Source: a bacterium
GTDB taxonomy: Bacteria > Babelota > Babeliae > Babelales > RVW-14
Reading direction: 5' to 3'
NCBI GenBank assembly: GCA_043822925.1
Contig: JBDRBF010000009.1
Coordinates: 1 to 25,360, forward strand
Length of the DNA: 25,360 nt
Shown here one piece after another: positions 1 to 8,601 of the stretch (position 1 is its first letter; the number at the start of each line of letters is the position of its first letter). Under the pieces are notes generated by a model that saw only the letters and a list, made by a program, of their open reading frames with translations, searched no databases and was not told where the DNA came from. A program made the translations under genes and the position numbers.

Positions 1-2313
1 GGTGAAATGATTAAGAATCTTTCAAGCAAGGGCGTTACGGTTCCATCAGGTTTTGCTCTTACAGCCCAAGCGTATCGGTGCTTTATGCAGGAAAACAGTC
101 TTTTTCAGCCGGTTTCTGAATTGTTAAGTAAGTTTAATAAGAAAGATGTGCGTGACCTTGCGCGCGTTGGGCATGAAGTACGTTCTTTAATTCGTGGAGC
201 TATGTTCCCACAGGAAATAGAGCAGGAAATTTATCAAGCGTATAAAATTATGGAAAAAAAATACGGTGCACGTTGTGATGTTGCTGTTAGATCTTCGGCA
301 ACGGCTGAAGATTTGCCTGAAGCTTCTTTTGCGGGCCAGCAAGAAACGTTTTTAAATATACGAGGGCAGTCGGACCTGTTGCGTGCATGTAAAGATGCGT
401 ATGCGTCTTTGTTTACCAATCGGGCAATTTCGTATCGTATGGGCCATGGCTTTGATCACCTTGATGTTGCATTGTCTGTTGGCGTGCAAAAGATGGTGCG
501 TTCTGATCTTGCTAGTGCTGGCGTTATGTTTACGCTCGATACAGAAAGCGGTTTTAAAGATGTTATTTTTATTAACTCGGCATATGGGCTTGGTGAAAAT
601 GTTGTGCAGGGGGCTATTAATCCAGATGAATTTTATGTGCATAAGCCAACGCTTGCTCAGGGTTTTCCGGCACTACTTAAAAAACGTTTGGGATCAAAAA
701 TAAAAAAAATGGTATACACAAGTGACTCTCAAAAACCAACTGAAAATATTGATGTTTCGCGCCGGGATCGTAAACATTTTTCTCTTACAGATCAAGAAGT
801 ATTAGAGCTGGCTAAACAGGCTTTAATTATTGAGCAGCATTATACAGAAAAACGGGGTTCTTGGTGTCCAATGGATATTGAGTGGGCAAAAGATGGTGGG
901 GATGGGAAATTATATATTTTGCAGGCACGGCCAGAAACAGTGCACTCTCAAAAAAAAGAACAGTTTTTAGAACAATATGTATTTAAGGGTAGCTTGAGTG
1001 ATAAGAAAAAAATTATTGTGCAGGGCAAAAGCGTTGGCAGAAAGATAGCAACTGGAGTGGCGCGAATTCTTGATTCAATAAAATCGATGGATCAGCTTAA
1101 GCCAGGTGAAATTTTAGTTACAGATATGACAGACCCAGATTGGGAGCCAATTATGCGTATAGCTGGGGGTATAGTAACCAATCGTGGTGGGCGCACGTGC
1201 CATGCAGCTATTGTGAGCCGTGAAATCGGTATTCCGGCAGTTATTGGTGCTGGGGACGCAACAGAAAAAATAAAAGACGGTCAAAAGATTACGATCGATT
1301 GTAGCAGTGGCGAGGTCGGCGTTGTATATGATGGTCAGATTGCTTTTGAAATAAAAAAGATCGATGTTTCACGTGTAAAACCAATAAGTACAAAAATTAT
1401 GGTAAACATTGGTAATCCTGATGAAGCTTTTAATGTTGTAAGTTTGCCCGTAAAAGGGGTTGGGCTTGCTCGTCTTGAATTTATTATTAACACGAGTATT
1501 CAAGTGCATCCAATGGCGCTCGTGCATTTTGATAAAGTAACAGATCCAAAAGAGAAAGTGATTGTAGAAGATTTGACGATCGAGTACGAAGATAAGAAAC
1601 AGTTTTTTATTGATAAGTTAGCGCAAGAAGCGGGAACTATTGCCGCTGCTTTTTATCCTAATCCAGTAATAATACGTATGTCAGATTTTAAGAGTAACGA
1701 GTATCGCAAACTTGTAAGTGGGCATCTTTTTGAGCCAGAAGAAGAGAACCCTATGATTGGTTTTCGTGGTGCATCACGTTATTATCACGCAGCGTATCAA
1801 GAAGCATTTGCGCTTGAATGTGCGGCGATGAAAAAGATGCGTGACGAGATGGGTTTTGTGAATGTAAAACTTATGATCCCCTTTGTTCGTACGGTTTGGG
1901 AAGGCAAGCGAGTTATAGAAGAGATGAAGAAGCACGGGCTTGTGCAGGGCAAGAACGGCTTACAAATTGTGATGATGTGTGAGATCCCATCTAACGTTTT
2001 ATTAATAGATGAATTTTCTAAGATATTTGATGGCTTTTCGATAGGCTCTAACGATTTAACGCAATTAACGTTAGCTATTGATCGTGATTCAAATTTAGTT
2101 GCAGATTTGTTTGATGAGCGCAACGAGGCTGTCAAAATAATGCTTAAGATGGCTATCGAAGGAGCTCATAGAAATGGGCGAACAATTGGTATTTGTGGCC
2201 AGGCTCCATCAGATTATCCTGAGTTTGCTGATTATTTAATTGAGCTTGGAATAGATTCTATGTCGCTTAATCCTGATTCTGTTTTTGAAACGATGGTACG
2301 TTTGGGCAAGTAA
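1..2313 (+). CDS. ppsA: Phosphoenolpyruvate synthase (pyruvate, water dikinase), 5'-truncated
   Basis: Motifs AVRSSATAEDLPEASFAGQQET, DIEWAKDG, ILQARPETV, phospho-His GGRTCHAAIVSRE, EEENPMIGFRGASRY, FSIGSNDLTQL. The frame is open from base 1 (GGT GAA ATG = G-E-M of the conserved ...SLGEM), so the true start lies upstream of the window. Confidence 0.98.
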   Translation, partial: GEMIKNLSSKGVTVPSGFALTAQAYRCFMQENSLFQPVSELLSKFNKKDVRDLARVGHEVRSLIRGAMFPQEIEQEIYQAYKIMEKKYGARCDVAVRSSATAEDLPEASFAGQQETFLNIRGQSDLLRACKDAYASLFTNRAISYRMGHGFDHLDVALSVGVQKMVRSDLASAGVMFTLDTESGFKDVIFINSAYGLGENVVQGAINPDEFYVHKPTLAQGFPALLKKRLGSKIKKMVYTSDSQKPTENIDVSRRDRKHFSLTDQEVLELAKQALIIEQHYTEKRGSWCPMDIEWAKDGGDGKLYILQARPETVHSQKKEQFLEQYVFKGSLSDKKKIIVQGKSVGRKIATGVARILDSIKSMDQLKPGEILVTDMTDPDWEPIMRIAGGIVTNRGGRTCHAAIVSREIGIPAVIGAGDATEKIKDGQKITIDCSSGEVGVVYDGQIAFEIKKIDVSRVKPISTKIMVNIGNPDEAFNVVSLPVKGVGLARLEFIINTSIQVHPMALVHFDKVTDPKEKVIVEDLTIEYEDKKQFFIDKLAQEAGTIAAAFYPNPVIIRMSDFKSNEYRKLVSGHLFEPEEENPMIGFRGASRYYHAAYQEAFALECAAMKKMRDEMGFVNVKLMIPFVRTVWEGKRVIEEMKKHGLVQGKNGLQIVMMCEIPSNVLLIDEFSKIFDGFSIGSNDLTQLTLAIDRDSNLVADLFDERNEAVKIMLKMAIEGAHRNGRTIGICGQAPSDYPEFADYLIELGIDSMSLNPDSVFETMVRLGK

Positions 2314-2315
2314 AA

Positions 2316-2357
2316 TAACGAATTAAGGGCGACTGAGAAGTCGCCCTTAATTCGTTA
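2316..2357. terminator. Perfect 19-bp hairpin with GAGA loop; probable bidirectional terminator
   Basis: TAACGAATTAAGGGCGACT-GAGA-AGTCGCCCTTAATTCGTTA directly after the ppsA stop, between convergent genes. Confidence 0.8.
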
Positions 2358-2373
2358 AAGTTTATGTGCTTTT

Positions 2374-2877
2374 TTATTTATATTTATTCATGATGTTTTT
2401 TGCGGGATATATAGTTTTGCGGCCAATTTTTTTGTATTTACCAGGGTTTGGGTCGTTTAAATAAAATCTGTGTGTTTTTCCACCGATATTTAATTCAAAA
2501 TAAAGCCATACTCTGAGTGCTTTTGTTTTGTCTGTAGCTTTGATTTGTTTGTTTTGAATTAAAGAGTTTACAAGTGTGGTGTCGCTTATTAATTTTACCA
2601 TAAAATTGCCATTATCTTTATAGTATTGAGCATCACAGCCTATTGTCTGGGCACCTTGCCATCTGCCATTATACCAGATGAGGAAGTTTGATGACTTATT
2701 TGGGTTGTTTGCGTTTATTAAGTTAAACAAGTTGCCAAGCGCCACCCGTGAGCCTGTAGCTGGCAATGAGATTTGAGCTCCTGCCCGTGATGCGTGTATA
2801 GAGTTTCCATCGTAGATGTAAAGATATCCAACGGTAATCGCTAGTAGAAAACCAAACATAGCTCGTAATTCTTTCAT
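2374..2877 (-). CDS. Hypothetical exported or membrane-anchored basic protein (167 aa)
   Basis: N-terminal MKELR followed by a hydrophobic stretch; G-rich SD (AAGGGGGG) upstream; no recognisable family motif. Confidence 0.7.
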   Translation of the reverse strand: MKELRAMFGFLLAITVGYLYIYDGNSIHASRAGAQISLPATGSRVALGNLFNLINANNPNKSSNFLIWYNGRWQGAQTIGCDAQYYKDNGNFMVKLISDTTLVNSLIQNKQIKATDKTKALRVWLYFELNIGGKTHRFYLNDPNPGKYKKIGRKTIYPAKNIMNKYK

Positions 2878-3025
2878 GACTAGGCCCCCCTTAAATAATA
2901 AATGTATCTATGTTGTGTTGACAAAGAAGCAATCCTGCTCGCACCCCTTTAATTCTATTATAATTTTTTTTAATCACTAAAAACAAGAATTGCATCGAAA
3001 TATATAAAAATATTCATAATTTTGC

Positions 3026-3054
3026 TTGCATATCAGGGGTGTTGGGTTTAGTAT
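3026..3054 (+). promoter_or_regulatory. Candidate sigma70 promoter of the atp cluster
   Basis: TTGCAT-N17-TAGTAT about 60 bp upstream of the ATG at 3116. Confidence 0.45.
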
Positions 3055-3115
3055 TTTTTAATAACTTCTTGTTCTATAAAAAGCCTATTTAACAGGCAAA
3101 AACGGGTCAAAAAAC

Positions 3116-3475
3116 ATGAATTTTATACAGGACCATTTTCCGTCGATTTTATTGGGAATACTCGCTGGTGTTTTATATGCCGGTTTTTTGGTTGCCAGTA
3201 TTAAGCAGCGATTATCCCAAAATCCAGGGTCTTTAGGTCAAAAACAAAAATTTGAGAGCCCAGAAATTGAACGGGAAGCACAAGAATTAGCCAAAAACCA
3301 GGCAAAGCGCGCACTGGTTCGTTCAGTTTTGTTTTTTTTACTTCGATATGTTTTCATTTTGTGGTTATTGGTTTTCTTTTTGGTTAAACTGCAAACAAGC
3401 GTGGTTACCTGTATTATTTTCTTTGGTGTAAGTTTTTGGGTTTATATCGTACTTGCACTTAAGGGTAAAATATGA
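3116..3475 (+). CDS. ATP synthase accessory membrane protein (AtpI/AtpR-like)
   Basis: 119 aa with ~3 hydrophobic segments (LLGILAGVLYAGFL...; VLFFLLRYVFILW...); ATGA overlap with atpB; position typical of atpI/atpR. Confidence 0.75.
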   Translation: MNFIQDHFPSILLGILAGVLYAGFLVASIKQRLSQNPGSLGQKQKFESPEIEREAQELAKNQAKRALVRSVLFFLLRYVFILWLLVFFLVKLQTSVVTCIIFFGVSFWVYIVLALKGKI

Positions 3476-4332
3476 ATATCGAAATTTTTAAGTATGAATC
3501 GATTAGGCCATTTAAAATTTTGGGTCTGACGGGTGATTTTTGGACGATTCACATTGATACACTTATTTACACATGGGCAGCCATGGCTGTTTTATTGATC
3601 TTGTCTCTTATTGGCTGGCGGGCGATTAAAAATCGTGATATGAATTATAGTTTAGTTTCTGTTGAATCGGCTATTGGCTTTTTTATTGATTTATGCAAAG
3701 AATCTTTTCCTGTTTTTAACTATAATCATTTTGCTTTTATTCTTTCGCTCTTTTATTTCACGCTTGCATGCTGCTTGATTGGGTTAATCCCAGGGCTTGA
3801 TGAGGCGACAAAAGATTTGAATACAACGCTTGCTATCGGCCTGACGAGTTTTATTTATGTTCAATATGAAATCATAAAAGCTCACGGTGTTTTTGGTTTT
3901 TTAAAAGATCTTGCGCAGCCGTTTTTATTATTAATGCCAGTTAACATTGTTGGAGAGCTTTCGCGTATCGCTTCTATGTCGTTTCGACTTTTTGGTAATA
4001 TTTTAGGTGGTTCGATTATATTTTCTATGATGGTTAATGTATTTGAAAATTTTGCTCTTTATTTTATTTTTTATGTAATAGCCGTGCTAATTTTTTCTTG
4101 GTTTACTGAAAAATATAATTTGTTTTCGCGTTATAAAAAAATACGTGCAGCTATTAAATGGAGCGTAGCGGCAGTTTATTTGTTGCCGTTTGCGCAAATG
4201 TTTTTTGGTATTTTTGAGGGAGTTATACAAGCATTTGTGCTTACCATGCTTACGACCGTGTATCTTTCTATGGGGCTTGGTAGTCATGATAGTACTGAGC
4301 ATGCTGTTAAACATGAACATGAGGAAATCTAA
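3472..4332 (+). CDS. atpB: F-type ATP synthase subunit a
   Basis: PVNIVGELSRIASMSFRLFGNILGG (essential Arg), ATKDLNTTLA, FEGVIQAFVLTMLTTVYL. Confidence 0.96.
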   Translation: MNIEIFKYESIRPFKILGLTGDFWTIHIDTLIYTWAAMAVLLILSLIGWRAIKNRDMNYSLVSVESAIGFFIDLCKESFPVFNYNHFAFILSLFYFTLACCLIGLIPGLDEATKDLNTTLAIGLTSFIYVQYEIIKAHGVFGFLKDLAQPFLLLMPVNIVGELSRIASMSFRLFGNILGGSIIFSMMVNVFENFALYFIFYVIAVLIFSWFTEKYNLFSRYKKIRAAIKWSVAAVYLLPFAQMFFGIFEGVIQAFVLTMLTTVYLSMGLGSHDSTEHAVKHEHEEI

Positions 4333-5285
4333 TGAATTTGCCTGTTTTTCTCCATTATTTTTCTGCTGCTTTGGCTATGATGCTCGGCGTTGTTGGTGGC
4401 GGGCTTGCCCAGGGCATAGCGGGGTTGAGTACGCTTGAAGCCATGGAACGGCAACCTACTGGCGGTGATAGTTTATTTAAGTCGCTTATTATCGGGCTGG
4501 CTTTAATAGAAAGTGGTTTAATTATAGCGCTTGTTATGTCTCTCATGGTTCTTTTTAGCGTGCAAGAGCCTACTATGGCGAGTGCTTTGTGCGAATTGGG
4601 CATGGGGCTTGCTATTGGTACTGCAGCTGCAAGCATTAGTATAGCATCAAGTTTTGTGGTGAGAGCAGCGACATTTGCGATATCCAGGCAACCATTTTTT
4701 GCGCAAAAAATTATTACAATTATGTTACTTACGCAGTCAATTATTGAAGCCCCAGTTATTTTTGCTTTTATTGTTTCTCTTTTAATTAAAATGAATATAT
4801 CACCATCTATGACCGTGTATGAAAGTTTGCGTTATTTTGCAGCTGCTTTAGCGGTTGCTCTTGGTAGCATTGGGCCGTCTATAGGCCAAGGGATTTTTGC
4901 AAACGCGGCGTGTTCGTCAATCGGTCTTAATAAACGTGCATATGAAAAAGTTTTCCCATTTACGCTTGTTACTCAAGCGGTTATCGAAACGCCCATGATA
5001 TTTTCTATGTTGGTTTCGCTTTTAATTATTTATTCGCATATTATTCTTCTGGATTTTTCTCAGGGGATAATACTTATAACAGCTGCTGCTACAATTGGGT
5101 TTGGAGCTTTGGGCTCAGCAGCTGGAATCGGCTTTGCTGCGTCTAAAAGTTGTTATCAAATAGCGAGTGAGCCGGCAAATTATGGGCCTATTTTTAGAGC
5201 TACATTGCTTGTTTTGGCATTTATTGAGTCTATGGTTATTTATGCGTTAATTATTGCGATGCTTTTGATTAAACAAGCGTCTTGA
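4332..5285 (+). CDS. atpE: ATP synthase subunit c with four tandem c hairpins (317 aa, ~8 TM)
   Basis: Four ~80-aa units, each with a small-residue inner helix and the conserved Glu (E60, E139, E219, E299). RQP loops in units 1 and 2. TAATG overlap with atpB. Confidence 0.93.
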   Translation: MNLPVFLHYFSAALAMMLGVVGGGLAQGIAGLSTLEAMERQPTGGDSLFKSLIIGLALIESGLIIALVMSLMVLFSVQEPTMASALCELGMGLAIGTAAASISIASSFVVRAATFAISRQPFFAQKIITIMLLTQSIIEAPVIFAFIVSLLIKMNISPSMTVYESLRYFAAALAVALGSIGPSIGQGIFANAACSSIGLNKRAYEKVFPFTLVTQAVIETPMIFSMLVSLLIIYSHIILLDFSQGIILITAAATIGFGALGSAAGIGFAASKSCYQIASEPANYGPIFRATLLVLAFIESMVIYALIIAMLLIKQAS

Positions 5286-5298
5286 GATATAAAAAAAT

Positions 5299-6522
5299 AT
5301 GTTAAAAAAATATGTTGTTATTGGTTCTTCGGCTGCGAGTATTAGTGTTTTAACTAAACTGCGTGAGCTTGATAGAAAATCACAAATTCTTTGTATTAGT
5401 GCTGATCAAGATTTACCGTATAACCGGTGCTTACTTGCAGATCTTTTGTGTGATACGTACACGCAAGAACAGATTTATCTTAAAAATAATAGTTTTTTTC
5501 AGGATAATAATATAGAACTCATGCTTAATACGCGTGTTACACAAATTATTCCTGAATCTCGTGAACTTATAGTAACAGACAGTAATAATATAATATGCAC
5601 GGTTTCTTACGATACGTTATTTTTAGGCACTGGTAAATCTGCGTATATTCCTGATATTGCAGGGGTACATATTAATGGCGTAATGCCATTTTTTGATCTG
5701 CGTGATGTGCGTGATATTAAAAATTACATGCAACAAAATCTCGTCTCGAATATTACGATTATTGGTGCTGGGCTTACGGGTTTAGAATGCGCCGACGCGC
5801 TTTTAGGTTTTACGCCAAATTCTTCCATTAATATAAATATTATAGAAAAAGCGGCACACGTTTTACCCTCTATTCTTGATGCTCAAGCGGCGCAATATTT
5901 AAATAATAAAAGCGTCACGCTTTTATTAAACACATGCGTGACTGAAATTCTTGAGTGCAATAATAAAGTGTCAGGCGTTAAGCTTTATTCTGGCCAAGAA
6001 TTAGCCACAGATCTTGTAATTTTTGCAACTGGTGGTCGCACAAACATAGAGCTTGCGCGCAGTGCTGGGCTTGAAATTTCTGATAACGAGCTATGTGTAA
6101 ATGAGTATATGCAAACAAGTAGCAAAAATATTTATGCTGCCGGGGACATTTGCCGTATCAAAAATTTAGCAACGGGCGAATATATACAAAGTTTTTTATG
6201 GTCTGACGCTATTATCCAGGGTACTATTGCTGCGCTTAATATGGTGGGAACTGCTCAAAAATATCCTGGCGCATTTATTATTAATATGTCGACGATTTTT
6301 GATATACCAGTTGTATCTTGTGGTTATGTAACCCAGTATTCAGATATCTCTTCTGGTGTTTCAAGCATCACTAAAAAGTGGCCGGATTATTATCACCGTT
6401 ATTTTATAAAAGATAATGCGCTTATTGGTTTTATTATGGTCGGCAAGATTACAAATCTATCTGGACTTAAAAATGCGATCTTATTTAAAACGTTGCCCAA
6501 ATTTAAATTGACCTGGGATTAA
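5299..6522 (+). CDS. FAD-dependent NAD(P)H oxidoreductase (NirB N-terminal/NADH:rubredoxin oxidoreductase-like)
   Basis: VVIGSSAAS (variant FAD loop), PYNRCLL, YDTLFLGTG, IIGAGLTGLE (NADH loop), VNEYMQTS...IYAAGDI. Confidence 0.88.
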   Translation: MLKKYVVIGSSAASISVLTKLRELDRKSQILCISADQDLPYNRCLLADLLCDTYTQEQIYLKNNSFFQDNNIELMLNTRVTQIIPESRELIVTDSNNIICTVSYDTLFLGTGKSAYIPDIAGVHINGVMPFFDLRDVRDIKNYMQQNLVSNITIIGAGLTGLECADALLGFTPNSSININIIEKAAHVLPSILDAQAAQYLNNKSVTLLLNTCVTEILECNNKVSGVKLYSGQELATDLVIFATGGRTNIELARSAGLEISDNELCVNEYMQTSSKNIYAAGDICRIKNLATGEYIQSFLWSDAIIQGTIAALNMVGTAQKYPGAFIINMSTIFDIPVVSCGYVTQYSDISSGVSSITKKWPDYYHRYFIKDNALIGFIMVGKITNLSGLKNAILFKTLPKFKLTWD

Positions 6523-6584
6523 TTTTTGTTTGATTATTAAAACTTTTTTGTGAGCGATATTCTCGTGCAGAGCTCGAAGCGTGT

Positions 6585-6612
6585 AAAAGCCTGGGGTTAA
6601 CCCCAGGCTTTT
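6585..6612. terminator. 28-bp perfect palindrome; probable bidirectional terminator or REP-like element
   Basis: AAAAGCCTGGGGTTAACCCCAGGCTTTT followed by more T; lies between convergent genes; near-identical copy at 8567-8590. Confidence 0.75.
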
Positions 6613-6642
6613 TTAATATATTTTAAAAATTTAAAAATTACG

Positions 6643-7092
6643 TTACTTTGTGAACGTTAGTTTCTTTTCTGACTTCTTTTCTAGTTTTATTTGTGTTTTA
6701 GCTATTTTTAAAACGAGCTTGTCGTTTTTGAGTTCCATTGTGTACCCGCTATCAAGAGCTGCATTTTTGGGGATATCAACGATGATGCTTACATCTCCGT
6801 TTTCATATTTTACATATTGTTCTTGGCCGTTAATAGATATATAGCTTGAGTATTGTTCATATGTTTTGATTTTTGCGTCTTTTTTTTCTTTCTTTTCTTT
6901 AGTTGAGTCTTCTTTTTTTGCTTTAATTACGAGGCATTTTTTATCGCCAGATTCTTTGATAGCAGTTGCGATATCTTTTTTTGTAAATCCAGGTAAGCAT
7001 ACGTGTATTTCGATGTTTTTGTCTGTTTCTTGTAATTGCACATCGTATTTTGATGTTTCAATTTTGCCAAATAATGTCATGAGCTCTTTCAT
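6643..7092 (-). CDS. Small heat-shock protein-like (alpha-crystallin/Hsp20 domain), no signal peptide
   Basis: VQLQETDKNIEIHVCLPGFTKKDI...LVIKA...IPK...LKNDKLVLKIAK...KLTF fits the Hsp20 pattern; own SD (AAGGA) upstream; clear paralog of the upstream ORF. Confidence 0.7.
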   Translation of the reverse strand: MKELMTLFGKIETSKYDVQLQETDKNIEIHVCLPGFTKKDIATAIKESGDKKCLVIKAKKEDSTKEKKEKKDAKIKTYEQYSSYISINGQEQYVKYENGDVSIIVDIPKNAALDSGYTMELKNDKLVLKIAKTQIKLEKKSEKKLTFTK

Positions 7093-7117
7093 TTCAGGTT
7101 TCCTTTTTCGAAATATG

Positions 7118-7888
7118 CTAGTTTGTGAATGACAATCGTTTTTTATCTTTTTTGGTTAGTTTTAAAAACTTAATAACGAGTTTATGATCTTTAAATTCCA
7201 TTTCATAATCAGTATCGACATCAGCATATTTAGGCAGGTCTATAGATATTTGTACTTGTCCATTTTTATATTGTATCGATTGCTCTTGTCCATTAATTGA
7301 TTTGAAGCTTGAAAATTGTTGGTACGAGAGTACGCGAGTTTCTTTTTCTTTATCTTTTTTTTGTTGCGTTTTTTTTGCTGTAATTACAAGACGTTTATTG
7401 CTTGTTTCTTTTTCTGTTTTATCTTCGATGGTTGTTATGATTTCGTCTTTTATGAAATCTGGTAAGAAGATGTTTATTTCGATTTTCTTGTCTGTTTCTT
7501 GTATATCTATTTTGTATTTTGACGCGACTTGTTCTTTGTTTTTGATATTTTCAAATGTCTTTTTTTGTTCTTGTAATATTGGTGAGAATTTATTTATTTC
7601 GTCTATAACTCGATTTGCTGCTGGAGCTCCATCTTTTTCATGAGTTGTTTTTTGATTATTGAAAATATCTTCGATTTTTTTATTAAAGTTTTCGATCTTT
7701 TTGCGTAAGTTTTCATGTTCTTTTTGCATTGTTTCTTGAATGCTTATTTCTGGTACTTTAAAAAATTGGTCAAATTCGTCGATTTCTTTTTCTATGTTAG
7801 TATTAAATAAAAAAGCGTGAATTTTTGGTGTTAAACATAAGCTTGTGCATAATGTTGCGCCACAGAGTATTGCATGTATTTTCTTCAT
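7118..7888 (-). CDS. Hsp20-like protein with N-terminal signal peptide and coiled-coil region
   Basis: MKKIHAILCGATLCTSLCLTPKIHA (Sec-like); C-terminal domain IDIQETDKKIEINIFLPDF...SIDLPK...FKDHKLVIKF...RLSF; ATGA overlap with the HIT gene. Confidence 0.7.
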   Translation of the reverse strand: MKKIHAILCGATLCTSLCLTPKIHAFLFNTNIEKEIDEFDQFFKVPEISIQETMQKEHENLRKKIENFNKKIEDIFNNQKTTHEKDGAPAANRVIDEINKFSPILQEQKKTFENIKNKEQVASKYKIDIQETDKKIEINIFLPDFIKDEIITTIEDKTEKETSNKRLVITAKKTQQKKDKEKETRVLSYQQFSSFKSINGQEQSIQYKNGQVQISIDLPKYADVDTDYEMEFKDHKLVIKFLKLTKKDKKRLSFTN

Positions 7889-8400
7889 AAAGAATCTCCC
7901 GTATTAAACGCATTTTTAAGCGTTTTGTATATTTCATGAAAGTCCGTGCTTATTATTGTTGTTTCGGCCAAAGTAGCCATGAAATTGGTATCGCCAAGCC
8001 ATCTTGGTAGTACATGTATATGTAAGTGTTCCTGAATTCCTCCTCCTCCTGCTTTGCCCAAATTAAGCCCAATATTTGTGCCTTCGCATTTGAGCGTGCG
8101 GGTAATTATATCAAGAGATAAGTTCGTTGCTTCCATAAGTTCTGCGCGTATCTCAGGTGTCAGTTGGGTTAATGTTTGTACGTGCTTGTACGGGATTATC
8201 ATGACGTGCCCCGCAGAATACGGGTAGTAGTTCATAATTATCCCACAATTTTTTAGGCGCTTGAGTATAAATACTCGGGCGTCATCTTTTTGTGCAAAGT
8301 GGTCACAAAAAATACACTCGTTTACTAATTCTTTTTTGTCTTTCTTTTTTTCTAGTCCGGTTACGTAATCGTGGCGCCATGGCGCGTATAGTTTTTTCAC
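7885..8400 (-). CDS. HIT-family hydrolase (Ap4A phosphorylase/FHIT-like)
   Basis: LYAPWR N-terminus, CIFC, NYYPYSAGHVMIIP, NIGLNLGKAGGG, HLHIHVLPRW triad; GTG start with AGGGGG SD. Confidence 0.93.
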   Translation of the reverse strand: MKKLYAPWRHDYVTGLEKKKDKKELVNECIFCDHFAQKDDARVFILKRLKNCGIIMNYYPYSAGHVMIIPYKHVQTLTQLTPEIRAELMEATNLSLDIITRTLKCEGTNIGLNLGKAGGGGIQEHLHIHVLPRWLGDTNFMATLAETTIISTDFHEIYKTLKNAFNTGDSL

Positions 8401-8566
8401 ATATCCCCCTGGTTACGGTTTTATTTTAATTATTCAAAAGTTATATGTATTTCTTATTTTAAGAAGCGTTTTGATTTTTTCAACCCCCTTCAAGCTGGAT
8501 CAAAAAAGTAGGTGTAATTGATTTTTGGATTTTATTTATCAGGCCGGATGGCCTGAAGTTTGTTAT

Positions 8567-8590
8567 AGCCTGGGGTTAAAACCCCAGGCT
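8567..8590. repeat. Second copy of the AGCCTGGGGTT/AACCCCAGGCT palindrome, just after the nrdD stop
   Basis: AGCCTGGGGTT-AA-AACCCCAGGCT; neighbouring small hairpin TCAGGCC-GGAT-GGCCTGA at 8539-8556. Confidence 0.8.
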
Positions 8591-8601
8591 TGGGAGCATG
8601 T

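Noticed and set aside
234-2135. Short alternative-frame and antisense ORFs inside ppsA (likewise inside atpB/E, Hsp20s, nrdD/G, the kinase, phosphatases and ankyrin region)
   Set aside because: Shadows of well-supported genes, with no motifs or convincing SD.
2322-2351. The ppsA hairpin shares the 9-mers ATTAAGGGC/GCCCTTAAT with the array module
   Set aside because: Arm order is reversed and the rest is unrelated; too short to claim common origin.
7093-7120. Readthrough or frameshift fusing the two Hsp20-like ORFs
   Set aside because: A second in-frame stop follows the TAG, each ORF has a complete domain, and the second has its own AAGGA SD.
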